Positions 50,812-60,837 of a stretch of DNA of 64,000 nt are shown here, in pieces. The position numbers were made by a program, and so were the translations under genes. The notes below the pieces were generated by a model that saw nothing but the letters and a program-made list of their open reading frames with translations, was not told the origin of the DNA and searched no databases. This DNA comes from Candidatus Latescibacterota bacterium (GTDB taxonomy: Bacteria; Latescibacterota; UBA2968; UBA8231), in assembly GCA_965223905.1 (NCBI GenBank), contig CBDCXV010000010.1, positions 416,001 to 480,000 of the forward strand, given 5' to 3'. The number at the start of each line of letters is the position of its first letter. Within the stretch, counting starts at the first letter, position 1.

Positions 50812-51993
50812 ATGAAGATCACCGGCATCAGGACCTACAAGTTCACCCACCTCGGCGAAGGCCAGACCATCACCGGCGACCAGGGCGAGCTGCTACCCGC
50901 CACCCCCGCAAAGGACTGGCTCTTCCTCAAGATCGAGACCGACGCCGGAATCTCCGGCTGGGGGGAAGGCTCCGGCGAATGGCTCACTTCCCCGGTCGAG
51001 GCGATGCTGCGCGACTGGGAACCCCTGCTGGCCGGCCGGGACCCCCTCGGGATCGCGGCGATCACCGAGGACATACAGAGCCGCAGTCCCTGGAAAGGAG
51101 GGGCCGTCCTCGGCACCGCCGTCGCCGCGGTCGACATCGCCCTCCACGACCTCGCCGGCAAGGCCTGGGGTGTCCCCGTCCACACCCTTCTCGGAGGGGC
51201 CCGCCGCGACCGCATCCGCGTGTACAGCGGCGGCGACTTCAGCACCCCGAAAGCCGCCGCGGCATCGGCGCTGAAAGTGCAGGCCGCCGGGTACGCCGGG
51301 GTCAAAGGGAACCCGCTGGAAGATCGCCTCTGGCCGATGGACGAGCAGGCCCTGGGCAACAGCGCTGCGGTGGTCGCCGCCATGCGCGAGGCGGCAGATC
51401 CCGGGTTCGACATCATGCTCGACACCCACGGCAGCCCGCACCCGGAGCTGTCGATCGAGTACGCCCGCCGCGTCGCCCCGTACCGCCCGCTCTTTCTCGA
51501 GGAACCCTGCAAGATCGGCTCGCTCGAGGCCCTACTCGACGTCTCCCGCAACAGTCCGGTGCCGATCGCCACGGGTGAGAAGATCTTCGACCTGCCCGGG
51601 TTCGAGCCGCTCATCCGCGCGCGGGCCGTCTCCTTCCTGCAGCCCGACATCGGGCACAGCTTCGGCCTGACAAGCTACATGGAGATCGCCCGCCGGGCGG
51701 CCCAGCAGCAGATCCTCATGGCCCCCCACCTCGGGGTCGGGGGACTGCTGTACGTCGCCTCCCTGCACGCCGACGCGGCTACGGCAAACTTCCTGATCCA
51801 GGAATCCCACCAGCTGCAGCATTTCGGCAGGTACATGGAGCACGACCTGCGCATCGAAGGGGGGTACGTCAACACTCCGGGGGGACCGGGCCTCGGGGTC
51901 GAGGTGAAAGAAGCGGATATCGCAAAGCTGCCTCACGTGCCCATGGAGTACCGCCAGTACCGGCACGAAGACGGGAGCTGGAAAGGCTGGTAG
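50812..51993 (+). CDS. Galactonate dehydratase-like enolase-superfamily enzyme
   Basis: WLFLKIETDAGISGWGE, DIMLDTHG, FLEEP, IATGE, LQPD, C-terminal DGSW..W. Confidence 0.85.
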   Translation: MKITGIRTYKFTHLGEGQTITGDQGELLPATPAKDWLFLKIETDAGISGWGEGSGEWLTSPVEAMLRDWEPLLAGRDPLGIAAITEDIQSRSPWKGGAVLGTAVAAVDIALHDLAGKAWGVPVHTLLGGARRDRIRVYSGGDFSTPKAAAASALKVQAAGYAGVKGNPLEDRLWPMDEQALGNSAAVVAAMREAADPGFDIMLDTHGSPHPELSIEYARRVAPYRPLFLEEPCKIGSLEALLDVSRNSPVPIATGEKIFDLPGFEPLIRARAVSFLQPDIGHSFGLTSYMEIARRAAQQQILMAPHLGVGGLLYVASLHADAATANFLIQESHQLQHFGRYMEHDLRIEGGYVNTPGGPGLGVEVKEADIAKLPHVPMEYRQYRHEDGSWKGW

Positions 51994-52057
51994 CAGTGAT
52001 TGGGATGCCCAAGAGCTGTTCTGTGTTCTGGTCCGGCTGCGCTAAAGAAAGAATCTT

Positions 52058-52806
52058 ATGAACCGATTTCTGATCCTTCTGATTCTTGCGGGCATGGCTC
52101 AAGCGCACAGCGGGAATCGGCTGTACCCCTTCTACGAGCTTACGGACGAGATGCTGGAGAAGATCGATATACACGATGGATTTATCGACGAGTGGTATGA
52201 GATCGGCGAACCCAACAAGAACACGCATGATGAGTCTGGAGAGGGTATTTTAAGTGTGATACACCTTAACTACAGCATTGTCCTCTACCTCGATGCGGAT
52301 CACAGCGGCGGCAGAGGATTCGTCGATGGATACGGTGTACTTGAGGATAGGGTGCAGATTTATGGACGAACGCAGAAATATGATGCCATTCCTCAAACAG
52401 TAAGCGGCCCAACCTTTTCCAACGGACACAGCTATCTCCAACCCTGGCATACTTTCCCACCCTACGGAGATGCGGGTGGAGGTGTAGCTGGAGGAAACCC
52501 CGTTGTCTGGATTGTCGAGATGTATGTCACGCCACAGGACGGATGGGGCGACAGCATGGACGAGACCCCTTTCAGCGAGCTGTCCGCCCATCAGATCGTG
52601 GGTTTCGCTCCTGTAATCTACGACTGCGATCCCTCTGTTCGGAGTGCAGCCATACCTTGGAATCCGGAAGCCATAGACGATGAGGATGCCTTTTTGAGGC
52701 TTTACCAAACTATGGCGGACATCTTCCTCGATGGGCTACTGGTTCCCGCTCAGGATACCACAGTCGAATCCGATACATGGGGACGGATCAAGCGACTTTG
52801 GAATAG
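52058..52806 (+). pseudogene. Secreted lineage-specific protein with TVESDTWGRIK C-terminal motif; probable terminal frameshift
   Basis: Signal peptide AQAH; lower GC; adding one G after WGRIK gives ATLE-stop at 52806 (ORF track reads on to 52858). Confidence 0.6.
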
Positions 52807-52976
52807 GCCCTCTTTTTCCTCCTGCTCTTGCTCGCTCAAGCGGATGCGCCCGATCTGAACGGGAGCGCATACTGCACACAGAACGGTCAGGCTCGACGGC
52901 TCTCTGATTTTGGAGCCTAACCCGATCTGGTCGCCTGAATCGGCCGCTGTTCTCCCAGCGTCAGTGACTTCCCGAT

Positions 52977-53696
52977 TCAGCCTCGTTCCGCCCGGTGCCG
53001 GGCCACCAGTTCCGCCATGCTGTCGAACCGGAAATCTGGCGTAACCTCCTCTTGCGCCGCCGCCGTCGCCCCGCCGCCGCGGCCGGCGCGCCGGTCGATC
53101 CAGGCGGTCGTCAGTCCCATTTCCTTGGCGGGCACGTGGTCGTGGAAGAGGCTCTGCGCAACGTGCAGAACGCTTCCGGGACCGCAGCCGAAGTCGGCTT
53201 CCACCCGTGCGAGCAGGTATTCGAAGTTTGCCGCCGCGGGTTTGTACGAGCCGATCTCCTCGGCGGTGAACACCGCGTCCCAGGGATTCCCGAGCCGAGC
53301 GGCGCTTCCCCGGTAGCTGGCGCGGTCGCAGTTGGTCAGGGTGACCAGCCGGTGGTGGCCCTTCAGATAGGCCAGCGAATCGGCAGCGTCCTCGAAGGCG
53401 GGCCAGTCACCGACGGACCGGCCGAAGCGGATGCTCTCGGCATCGTCCGGTTCGCTGCCCCAGTTCCGTGCCAGGGTGCGGTGAGCGGCCGCCAGAATAT
53501 CGGCGTAGAGCAGTCCGGGAGTTGCCTCCTGGCAGGCGGACTCCGCTTGCGCGAATGCTTCCAGGGCGGCTTCCCGGGCCGGTGGGTCGGCCAGACGCGA
53601 GCAGAGCGGCTGCAGGGCCTCCCGGATGCCCGTCTCCCAGTCGATCAGGGTTCCGTAGGTGTCGAAGGTCAGTACGGGAAAATCACACAGTCGCAT
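52977..53696 (-). CDS. Haloacid dehalogenase type II (HAD)
   Basis: LTFDTYGTLIDWE, LTN, IGSYKP, HVAQSLFHDHVPA. Confidence 0.9.
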   Translation of the reverse strand: MRLCDFPVLTFDTYGTLIDWETGIREALQPLCSRLADPPAREAALEAFAQAESACQEATPGLLYADILAAAHRTLARNWGSEPDDAESIRFGRSVGDWPAFEDAADSLAYLKGHHRLVTLTNCDRASYRGSAARLGNPWDAVFTAEEIGSYKPAAANFEYLLARVEADFGCGPGSVLHVAQSLFHDHVPAKEMGLTTAWIDRRAGRGGGATAAAQEEVTPDFRFDSMAELVARHRAERG

Positions 53697-54085
53697 GGGG
53701 CTGCTCGAAGTGCCGGGGTTTCGGAGCGCCCACAACCGGTTGGGTGTTCTTCTTGCGATCGCGTGCGTCCTCCCCTACCGGGAGCGCCCCCATTTTATTT
53801 TCTTGATGGGGGCCCGAAAATAACGTACCTCTCCACCATATCCATTTGCGTAGTGCGAAAAATCCCCAAGCGCATAGACCTGACTGTTGCCGGGTGTAGC
53901 AGAGTGACGTTGACGTCGGGATCCGTGTTTTCCCTATGAGCTCGCTGGTCAGGGAAACGATCATAGTGGCCGGGCAATTGGCTCGGTTACCTCAACGAGT
54001 TGCCCATATGCAGCAGGCCTCGAATTTGCGGCCTTCTGCGGTACGGCATGGAATCCGATTTCTGAGACAGTTTTTTCCCCACTGG

Positions 54086-54100
54086 TGGCACCATTCCTGC
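54086..54100 (+). promoter_or_regulatory. Sigma-54 (-24/-12) promoter candidate TGGCACCATTCCTGC
   Basis: GG-N10-GC with TGGCAC, about 75 bp upstream of the 54175 start. Confidence 0.6.
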
Positions 54101-54174
54101 CGCCCAAATCCTTCCGTGACCGCCACGGGAGGTAGGGCGCTGGAAAGTGACACCATCAATCGCAGGAGGAAGAA

Positions 54175-54507
54175 ATGGCAGTCAGAATCATCGTTGGCCT
54201 GATCACCCTGCTGGCCATCATTCAGGGCCTGGCAGGCGACCCCATCGCAGGGGGCATCCTGACCCTCGCGCTGGTCATTCTGGGCCTGGCGTACGGGGCA
54301 GTGGGGGTCGATGCCGAGGACGCGACCGCCTACCTGGTGGTCACCCTTGCCGCCGGAGGTGCAGCGGGCATGAACGTGCTGGACCAGGAGATTCTCGCGA
54401 TGGTTGGCGACCGCCTGGACGCCATCCTCGATCAGGCTGTAGTCGCTCTGTTCGCCGGCGCCGTGACCGTACTCGTCACGAGAACGATCAACCGGCTCAA
54501 AGGCTGA
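54175..54507 (+). CDS. Small hydrophobic membrane protein
   Basis: 110 aa, 3-4 hydrophobic helices, strong RBS AGGAGG. Confidence 0.78.
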   Translation: MAVRIIVGLITLLAIIQGLAGDPIAGGILTLALVILGLAYGAVGVDAEDATAYLVVTLAAGGAAGMNVLDQEILAMVGDRLDAILDQAVVALFAGAVTVLVTRTINRLKG

Positions 54508-55107
54508 AGCCGAGAATAGCCGTATCAAGACACTTTTTGATCGATACCCTGCAGGGTGCAAGTGCCGAGAGCGCTCGCAAGGGCCTCGCGGGTTTCTGAA
54601 TTCCGCTAGCGCTCTCGCAGGGTCGTTCGAAAGTGCCTGCCGTACCGTCCTGCTTCCTGTGTCGGCATCTCCGTGCTGCCGGCGCAGGAGGCGTTCTACT
54701 CCAACTCCCGCTGTCGCCGGTCCTGGCCCCTGGCCAGCCACCTGACGGAGGCGTGGCTTCCATACCCGCGCGGCGGCCGAACTAGGTCGCGCGGAGATGG
54801 AAAGCGCCAAGGTAGCTGCCCCCGCCTCGCTGATTACCGCCCTTAAGCGCTGCTTTCTCCACGAAGCCCGACCTCGGGCCTCGGTCGACCCCCCTACGTC
54901 CGCGCAATAAAAAACATCCCCGCGACATAGTGGGCGATGGTCGGGCTCGCATGTGTCCGGCAAATCGGGGCGACTTCTGCCCGGAGACCTCCCCTGACCC
55001 GGGCGTGCCGATCCCTTGACAGAGAATCGAACATGGTGCCTTTCTCTACCTGTGAACCGCGCAGGGTGCGGAAACCCATGCCTCTCGCCAGAAAGGGGTG
55101 CTTCAGG

Positions 55108-55935
55108 ATGGATGAGGAACAGCGCTTCGCCTTCGACACCTGGGGATTCCTCACCGTAGAGAATGCGATTACCCCCGGGCAGGTTGCGGAGCTGAAGGCA
55201 ACCGTCGACGCAAAAGGCCCGGAGCTCCATTCGCAGCACGCCGACCGGGGCGGTTTCTGGTCCCAGGCGTTCGTCGATCTTCTGGACGTCCCGGTGATCT
55301 CCGAAATCCTGGAAGAGATATACGGGGGCGGACGGCCCGGAGGACTCCCTTCCTTTCGCATCGACCACATCAACGTCCACACCCACGGCACCTTCAACAA
55401 GGACCTCGCCGGGGGGCGCCTTCACGGCGGCAACGGTCGTCTGCTGAATCCCGGCCGCCCGCATGAGCTGACACCCATCTACTTCGCCCGCGATCCCGAG
55501 ACCGGAGCTTATTCCAACGGTCTGGTGACCGTGGCCTACGAGCTGGAGGACACCGTCTGCAACGGCGGCGGCTTCGGATGCCTGGCGGGCTCGCACAAGG
55601 GGCATCTCCCGGTCCCGGAAGCATGGATCGATCTGGCCAGGGGGGTGCATCCGATGGTCACCCGGGTGCCCGCCCCTGCCGGCACCGCCATCATCTTCAC
55701 CGAGGCCCTGTTCCACGTAACCCTGCCCTGGACGGCGCCGAGCACACGGACCACGCTTTTCTGCAAGTACACCGAGCGGGGGGAGGCCTACTCCGGACCC
55801 GACAACTTCTTCAGCCCGGCCGACGCCGACTCATGGGAAGGGGTCGACGAGCGCAAGCGCGCCATCCTGACGCCGCCGCCGCCGGAGTTCGTCGAGCGCA
55901 AGGCGGAGCTGGCCAGAATGACCGCGGTGCGGTAG
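55108..55935 (+). CDS. PhyH-family 2OG-Fe(II) dioxygenase
   Basis: EEQRFAFDTWGFL, FRIDH, LHGG, GGFGCLAGSHK, IFTEALFH.TLPW. Confidence 0.82.
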   Translation: MDEEQRFAFDTWGFLTVENAITPGQVAELKATVDAKGPELHSQHADRGGFWSQAFVDLLDVPVISEILEEIYGGGRPGGLPSFRIDHINVHTHGTFNKDLAGGRLHGGNGRLLNPGRPHELTPIYFARDPETGAYSNGLVTVAYELEDTVCNGGGFGCLAGSHKGHLPVPEAWIDLARGVHPMVTRVPAPAGTAIIFTEALFHVTLPWTAPSTRTTLFCKYTERGEAYSGPDNFFSPADADSWEGVDERKRAILTPPPPEFVERKAELARMTAVR

Positions 55936-56159
55936 TCGGCGCTTCGATTCTTTGGAGGGTACGGATTGGGCAATGGAGGACTGGTATGGCCCAGGTGTTT
56001 TTCCATTGGCCCATCATGTCCGCTATTTGGAGTGTTTCAGGCGGACTGGAACAGGCAATTGCCGCCAGGGTGAGCAAGGCGGATCCATACCCGAAGACAC
56101 AGGAACAAACGGTTCGGCTATGGTTCATACTAGTCGGCATGTGTTGATGTAGTCTGGTA

Positions 56160-56499
56160 GATAGCTTGGCTATATCATATAGTTCAAGACCGAACCCTAT
56201 CGTTTTTCCGGGAAAAAATCGGAGATGATACTTTGCTCCTGGTCATCCCAGATCAGCCGGTCAAATGGAGTGACGTAAAATTCCACTACACCGAAGTGCG
56301 GCTGACTGGAAACCACCGCACCGCCGCCATCGGCATAGGGTAGCTGGTGCATCCAGTCCGCATGTGGACTGCCCGGAAACAGAGGGACGTTGTTGTCGTT
56401 GTTATATGTTCCCGGAAACGCACTATACCATTGTGCCTGCTCCATCGGATATGTGAGCCCGGATGCATTGTCTATGAGCATCCCGGGGATCAGGATCAC
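56160..56499 (-). pseudogene. Fragment paralogous to the 52058 secreted protein
   Basis: PYADGGG....QP...VVEFYVTPFD...SD, then a shifted TIGFGLELYD; compare PYGDAGGG...NP...IVEMYVTPQD...IVGFAPVIYD. Confidence 0.65.
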
Positions 56500-57288
56500 G
56501 CTCCAGTACTTCTCTTCCAGTCCCCGATCGTTGTAGGACGGTAACTTAGGCTGCCGGGCTGCGCGGCTTTTTCCGGCGCGGTTTCCCCTGGGAGACAGGG
56601 GGCCGCTGCTTCTCCTCTTCCTCTTCGCCGGTGGCGATCCGGCACACCTTCACGGCGCATCCGATCACGTCGGCAGGGCGCTTTTGGCCTTGGGGTCCAA
56701 TAGGCATCAGGGATGTCCCTCGAGGTGTCGATCAATAAGGGCAGCCAGAACTACCAGTGTCGGAACAATCACATCCCATTCCATCGCACGGATCTCCCGA
56801 AAAGGATTGTTCTGAGTATTATAGAACAGGTATAGTCCCCGCGACCATTGCATTTCCTGGGAACCCGATCACGTCGGGTCCCCCCCTGAATACAACAGCC
56901 TGAAAACCCGGTGACGGGGTAACTCCCCGGAACCTGGCGAATAGGCGGGGTTGTCCCGTGTTCCTAGGGGTGCAATGGTCAGGCCCCTAGTAATACACGT
57001 GGCCCGATTCCTAGTGTATTGCGACCGAGTAGCATTCTTCGTCACAGCCCAATTACGGCCTTTTGATTCGGCGGAGCTGGCTGCCTATCTGAATTCCCTC
57101 CCTTACAGGCTGATGGTGTCTGAACTGGAGAGGATAGAGCGAGAAGCCAAAGTGTATTCAGTCCCTGTTTTCCTGGAACCCACCGCATTCGCCTTCGGTT
57201 CGGAGCGGGGAAGCGCACCCGGCCTGGGAGGCTGTTCACTTCCCCGGACGATTCCTGGATCGACAGAACGCGCCTGCTGGCGGCGAAG

Positions 57289-57531
57289 GTGGCCGAAGTG
57301 GAGGGGTCGAACTGGTCTGCCCGAGCGATCTACCGGATTCGATTGAACCGGCACGATCGCGAACAAGCGCATAAACTCATCGAGCAACGCGACCCATGGC
57401 GGCAGAGCTACCTGCGCAACTTCCACAACGCCGACTGGAACGACCCCCTGCTCTACGACCTGACGATCAACACCGGCAAAATAGATCGAGAGGACGCCGT
57501 CGATCTTCTCCCCGGCTTCTTAGCCGAGTAG
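57289..57531 (+). pseudogene. C-terminal remnant of a cytidylate-kinase-like family protein
   Basis: LIEQRD..RQSYLRNFHNADWNDPLLYDLTINTGK; no P-loop N-terminus in frame. Confidence 0.65.
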
Positions 57532-57630
57532 GGGCGACCGGCCGGTCGCCCTTACAGATCAAACGAACGAGGCACCGGCCGCCCCCGTGCCCCGTGTAAA
57601 CTCGCGTCGGAGGTCAGGTATCGGTGCATG

Positions 57631-57667
57631 AAAAAGCGCCCGATGCCAAGGAGACACCGGGCGCTTT
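57631..57667 (-). terminator. Rho-independent terminator of the FN3 protein gene
   Basis: AAAAAGCGCCCG...CGGGCGCTTT hairpin 20 bp past the stop. Confidence 0.7.
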
Positions 57668-57687
57668 GCAGAGGTCGAGGACCGCGC

Positions 57688-59532
57688 CTACTTCAGGTAG
57701 AGCAGGCGCTGAGTCTGCACCCCGCCCGGATAGTGCAGGCGCACCAGGTACATCCCCGCCGACACCAACGCGCCGCGCCGGTCACGCGCATCCCAATGCA
57801 CTTGGTAGGCCCCGGCGGCCTGCACCTCGTCCACCAGCGTGCGCATGGACTGCCCGAGGAGGTTGTAGATCTCCAGGCGCACGGGGCCGTCCGCGGCCAG
57901 GCGATATGGGATGAGGGTGTTGGCGTTGAAGGGGTTGGGCGCGTTGGGCGCGAGGCCCGGCGGCCCGTCCGCGACCGCCGGCTTGGACGCCGGGGCCGCC
58001 GGCGTGTCGATGTGGTACCAGCGGGACCGCTCGCTCGCCCCGTGCTCGTTGATCGCCTTGATCCGATAGGTGTACGTGGTGCTGGCCGCCACCGTGGCGT
58101 CGGTGTAGGTGGTGGCGGCGCTGCCCGTGTCGGCGACCAATACACTGAAGTCGCCCCCGGTATTGTTCACGCGCACGCGGCGCAGGATCACGTAGCCGGT
58201 GATGGAGTCGTCGCCGGGATCGTCCCAGGTGAGGGTCACCGAGTTGTGCGACGCCGTGGCTTCGAGGCCCGTGGGCTTGGCGGGTACGGGCGCTGCCGGG
58301 GTGTCGATGTGGTACCAGCGGGAGCGTTCACTCGTTCCGGCCCCGTTGATGGCCTTGATCCGGTAGGTATAGCGAGTCTCCGCCGCCACCGTGTTGTCGG
58401 TGTAGGTGGTGGCGGCTGTGCCCGTGTCTGCCACCAGCTCATTGAAGTGGCCCTCCGGGTCGACTCCGGGAATGCGCCGCAGGATCACGTAGCCGGTGAT
58501 GGAGTCGTCGCCGGGGTCGTCCCAGGTGAGGGTCACCCGGTCGTGGGTCGCCGTGGCTTCAAGGCCCGTGGGCTTGTCCGGTGCGGAGCCCGGCTCCTCA
58601 CTTTGCTTCTTCTGCCCGGATTGCTTCTTCTGCCCGGACGAGTCCTCCCTCTCCTCGGACGAGGACTGGGTGCGGGGGGCTCTCTTCGTCTCCGACCAGT
58701 CGCCGTAGCCGTCGCCGCTCAGCGCCTGCACGCGGACCTCGTACCTGGTCTGCGCTTCAAGGTCCGTGCGCTTCACGCTGGTCGGAGGGCTGTCGCCGCA
58801 TCCCTTTCCGGTGCCGCGAGAGCCGGGATAGGACTGCTTGTTCCGATTCGTCTCACCGCTGGGGTGGAGGAACTCGACCAGGTAGCACTCGATAGGGAAG
58901 GTGCCCTCTTCGGCCTCATCCCAGCTCACCTCCAGGGTCCCGTCCTCGTCCCTCGGCGCCGTCACGCTCACGTTCTCCGGCGCCGACGGGAGCACGCGCT
59001 CGTACACCAGCGCCACCTTGACCTCGTCGTCCTCTTCCCAGTCGAGGTCGGGGTCGATAAAACCCCAAGCACCTACACCGCCACGACCGAAGTTCGCCAA
59101 CCGAAAGCTCGAGTTGCCGATCCAGAGCGTGATCTTCCCGACGTTGGTTCCGGGTGCATCTCCTAAATTATCCCCCTCAACATTGAGGAGCCTCGGACCA
59201 CCCAAATACAAAGCTTCCACTTCGAATTGATAGTCGGGGTCGAAGTGATGTTTGCCGGGCGGGGACCAGGGCGGGTAGTTGAACTTCGCGCTGGTGCTGA
59301 GTTCTCCCCATCCTTCGCTCTTGTGGTATCCAAGAAGGGCGCTGGCCTTCCCCACCGTCATGGTGGTGCGCCAGAGGTAGAAGTGAGTGTGCTCCGGGCC
59401 GTGGGGCCCGTCGTCGGGGGTATGGGCATCCACCTCGGAGAAGAGCAGGCCCAGCACGGTGCCCGCCACGGCCAGCGCGGCGATGGCGGCGAACAGGACG
59501 GGTAATCGTCGTCTATCGGTGCGAGTCAACAT
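57688..59532 (-). CDS. Secreted fibronectin type III repeat protein with C-terminal FlgD-Ig/sorting domain
   Basis: Signal/TM N-terminus, His-rich linker, three FN3 domains, NAPNPFN..T.IPY.L...VRLEIYNLLGQ..RTLV...WD.RD..G..V.AG.Y. Confidence 0.88.
   Translation of the reverse strand: MLTRTDRRRLPVLFAAIAALAVAGTVLGLLFSEVDAHTPDDGPHGPEHTHFYLWRTTMTVGKASALLGYHKSEGWGELSTSAKFNYPPWSPPGKHHFDPDYQFEVEALYLGGPRLLNVEGDNLGDAPGTNVGKITLWIGNSSFRLANFGRGGVGAWGFIDPDLDWEEDDEVKVALVYERVLPSAPENVSVTAPRDEDGTLEVSWDEAEEGTFPIECYLVEFLHPSGETNRNKQSYPGSRGTGKGCGDSPPTSVKRTDLEAQTRYEVRVQALSGDGYGDWSETKRAPRTQSSSEEREDSSGQKKQSGQKKQSEEPGSAPDKPTGLEATATHDRVTLTWDDPGDDSITGYVILRRIPGVDPEGHFNELVADTGTAATTYTDNTVAAETRYTYRIKAINGAGTSERSRWYHIDTPAAPVPAKPTGLEATASHNSVTLTWDDPGDDSITGYVILRRVRVNNTGGDFSVLVADTGSAATTYTDATVAASTTYTYRIKAINEHGASERSRWYHIDTPAAPASKPAVADGPPGLAPNAPNPFNANTLIPYRLAADGPVRLEIYNLLGQSMRTLVDEVQAAGAYQVHWDARDRRGALVSAGMYLVRLHYPGGVQTQRLLYLK
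58001..58580. repeat. Tandem 297-bp FN3 domain duplication
   Basis: gtgtcgatgtggtaccagcggga at 58004 and 58301; near-identical 99-aa units. Confidence 0.88.
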
Positions 59533-59701
59533 GGTTCCTCCTTGTGCTGGTGCGGGGGTATGGGACGCAGCCCGTCCGCTCCGCAGGCGTAAGCCGATAG
59601 CGGCGCGGAGGGCGCGTGACAGCCGGGCAAGGATGTCGGACGACCCGCTGACTCGGCTGCCTGCCTAACTTCCACGTGGACCCTCCTACCGCTCGTGCTC
59701 G

Positions 59702-59735
59702 ATTGCTCCTGATAACAATAGTTATCGGGAGCAAC
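59702..59735 (+). other. lox-like recombination site A (13-8-13): ATTGCTCCTGATA-ACAATAGT-TATCGGGAGCAAC
   Basis: Arms 11/13 complementary around an asymmetric 8-bp spacer, about 60 bp upstream of the Cre-like gene. Confidence 0.75.
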
Positions 59736-59795
59736 CTCCTCCGGACGTATATCCTTGTCCCAAAGTCAGTTATGCCAATTATGCCCGCAGGAGAT

Positions 59796-60758
59796 GTGAC
59801 CGACCTTCCCGACCCGGCCACTTCCCGGTCACAAACCGGCGAGCGCCTGACCGAGTACCTGGGGGACGCCGATGGCGCCCTCAGCGGCAACACCGTGCGG
59901 GCGCTGAAAGCGGACCTGGAACGGTTCGCGGCGTGGTGCGCCGAGCGGGGGGTCGCTCCGCTGCCGGCGCGCCCGGCCACGCTGGTGGCCTACATCGAGG
60001 CGATGGCGAGCGAGCGCGCGCCGGCCACCGTGCGCCGCTACGTGTCGAGCATCGCCGCCGTGCACAAGGCGGCCGGGGAGCCCGGCCCGCTCGATCGCGT
60101 GACCGTGCGGCGGGCCCTACAGCGCATGCACCGGCGCAAGGGGTGCCGGCAGAGGCAGGTCAAGGGGCTGACCTGGACGCTCCGCCGGCGCCTGATGGAG
60201 GCTGCCGGCGACCGGGTGATCGACGTGCGGAACCGCGCCATCCTGGCCGTGGCCTACGACGCCATGCTCCGCCGCTCCGAGCTGGTCGCGCTGCAAGTCG
60301 TTGACGTGACGATGGATAGGAGCGGCTCGGCCTCGCTCCTCGTGCGTCGAGCGAAGACCGATCCGGAGGGCGGCGGCGCGATGCTCTACCTGCACCGCGA
60401 CAGCGTCAAGCTGCTCTCGGCGTGGCTGAGCGCGAGCGGCATCGCCGGCGGGCCGCTCTTCCGTTCCGTGCGCAAGGACGGCACGGTGGGCGGGAGGCTC
60501 GATGCGAGCCAGGTGCCGCGCATCTACAAGGGGATGGCCGAACGCGCCGGGCTGCCGGCGCGGATCGTTGGGCGGCTCTCCGGGCACAGTCCCCGCGTGG
60601 GCGCGGTTCAGGACATGATCGCCTCGGGGATCGGGACCCCGGCCATCATGCAGGCCGGACGCTGGAAGAGCGCCCAGATGGTGCAGCGCTACGGCGAGCG
60701 GCTGCTCGCCAAGCGGAATGGCGCCGCGCAGTTGGCACGGCTTCAGAAACGCGGATGA
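59796..60758 (+). CDS. Cre-like tyrosine recombinase
   Basis: SAM-like N-domain; catalytic R (LRRSEL), K (AKTD), HxxR (GHSPRVGA), W (AGRW) and Y (RY); GTG start after CAGGAGA. Confidence 0.9.
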   Translation: MTDLPDPATSRSQTGERLTEYLGDADGALSGNTVRALKADLERFAAWCAERGVAPLPARPATLVAYIEAMASERAPATVRRYVSSIAAVHKAAGEPGPLDRVTVRRALQRMHRRKGCRQRQVKGLTWTLRRRLMEAAGDRVIDVRNRAILAVAYDAMLRRSELVALQVVDVTMDRSGSASLLVRRAKTDPEGGGAMLYLHRDSVKLLSAWLSASGIAGGPLFRSVRKDGTVGGRLDASQVPRIYKGMAERAGLPARIVGRLSGHSPRVGAVQDMIASGIGTPAIMQAGRWKSAQMVQRYGERLLAKRNGAAQLARLQKRG

Positions 60759-60803
60759 GCCCCGATGACGTCCAAGGCTTTCCGGTCACAAGATTTGCCG
60801 CAG

Positions 60804-60837
60804 GTAGCTCTCGATTACTATTGCTATCAGGAGCCAA
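60804..60837 (-). other. lox-like recombination site B, inverted relative to site A
   Basis: Reverse complement TTGGCTCCTGATA-GCAATAGT-AATCGAGAGCTAC matches site A at 28/34 by manual alignment; central CAATAG identical. Confidence 0.7.

Noticed and set aside
56860-57050. Hairpin-rich intergenic stretch as a possible ncRNA or intron relic
   Set aside because: No recognisable family signature; lies among gene fragments
59676-59795. N-terminal extension of the recombinase given by the ORF track
   Set aside because: It runs through lox-like site A; GTG at 59796 has the better RBS
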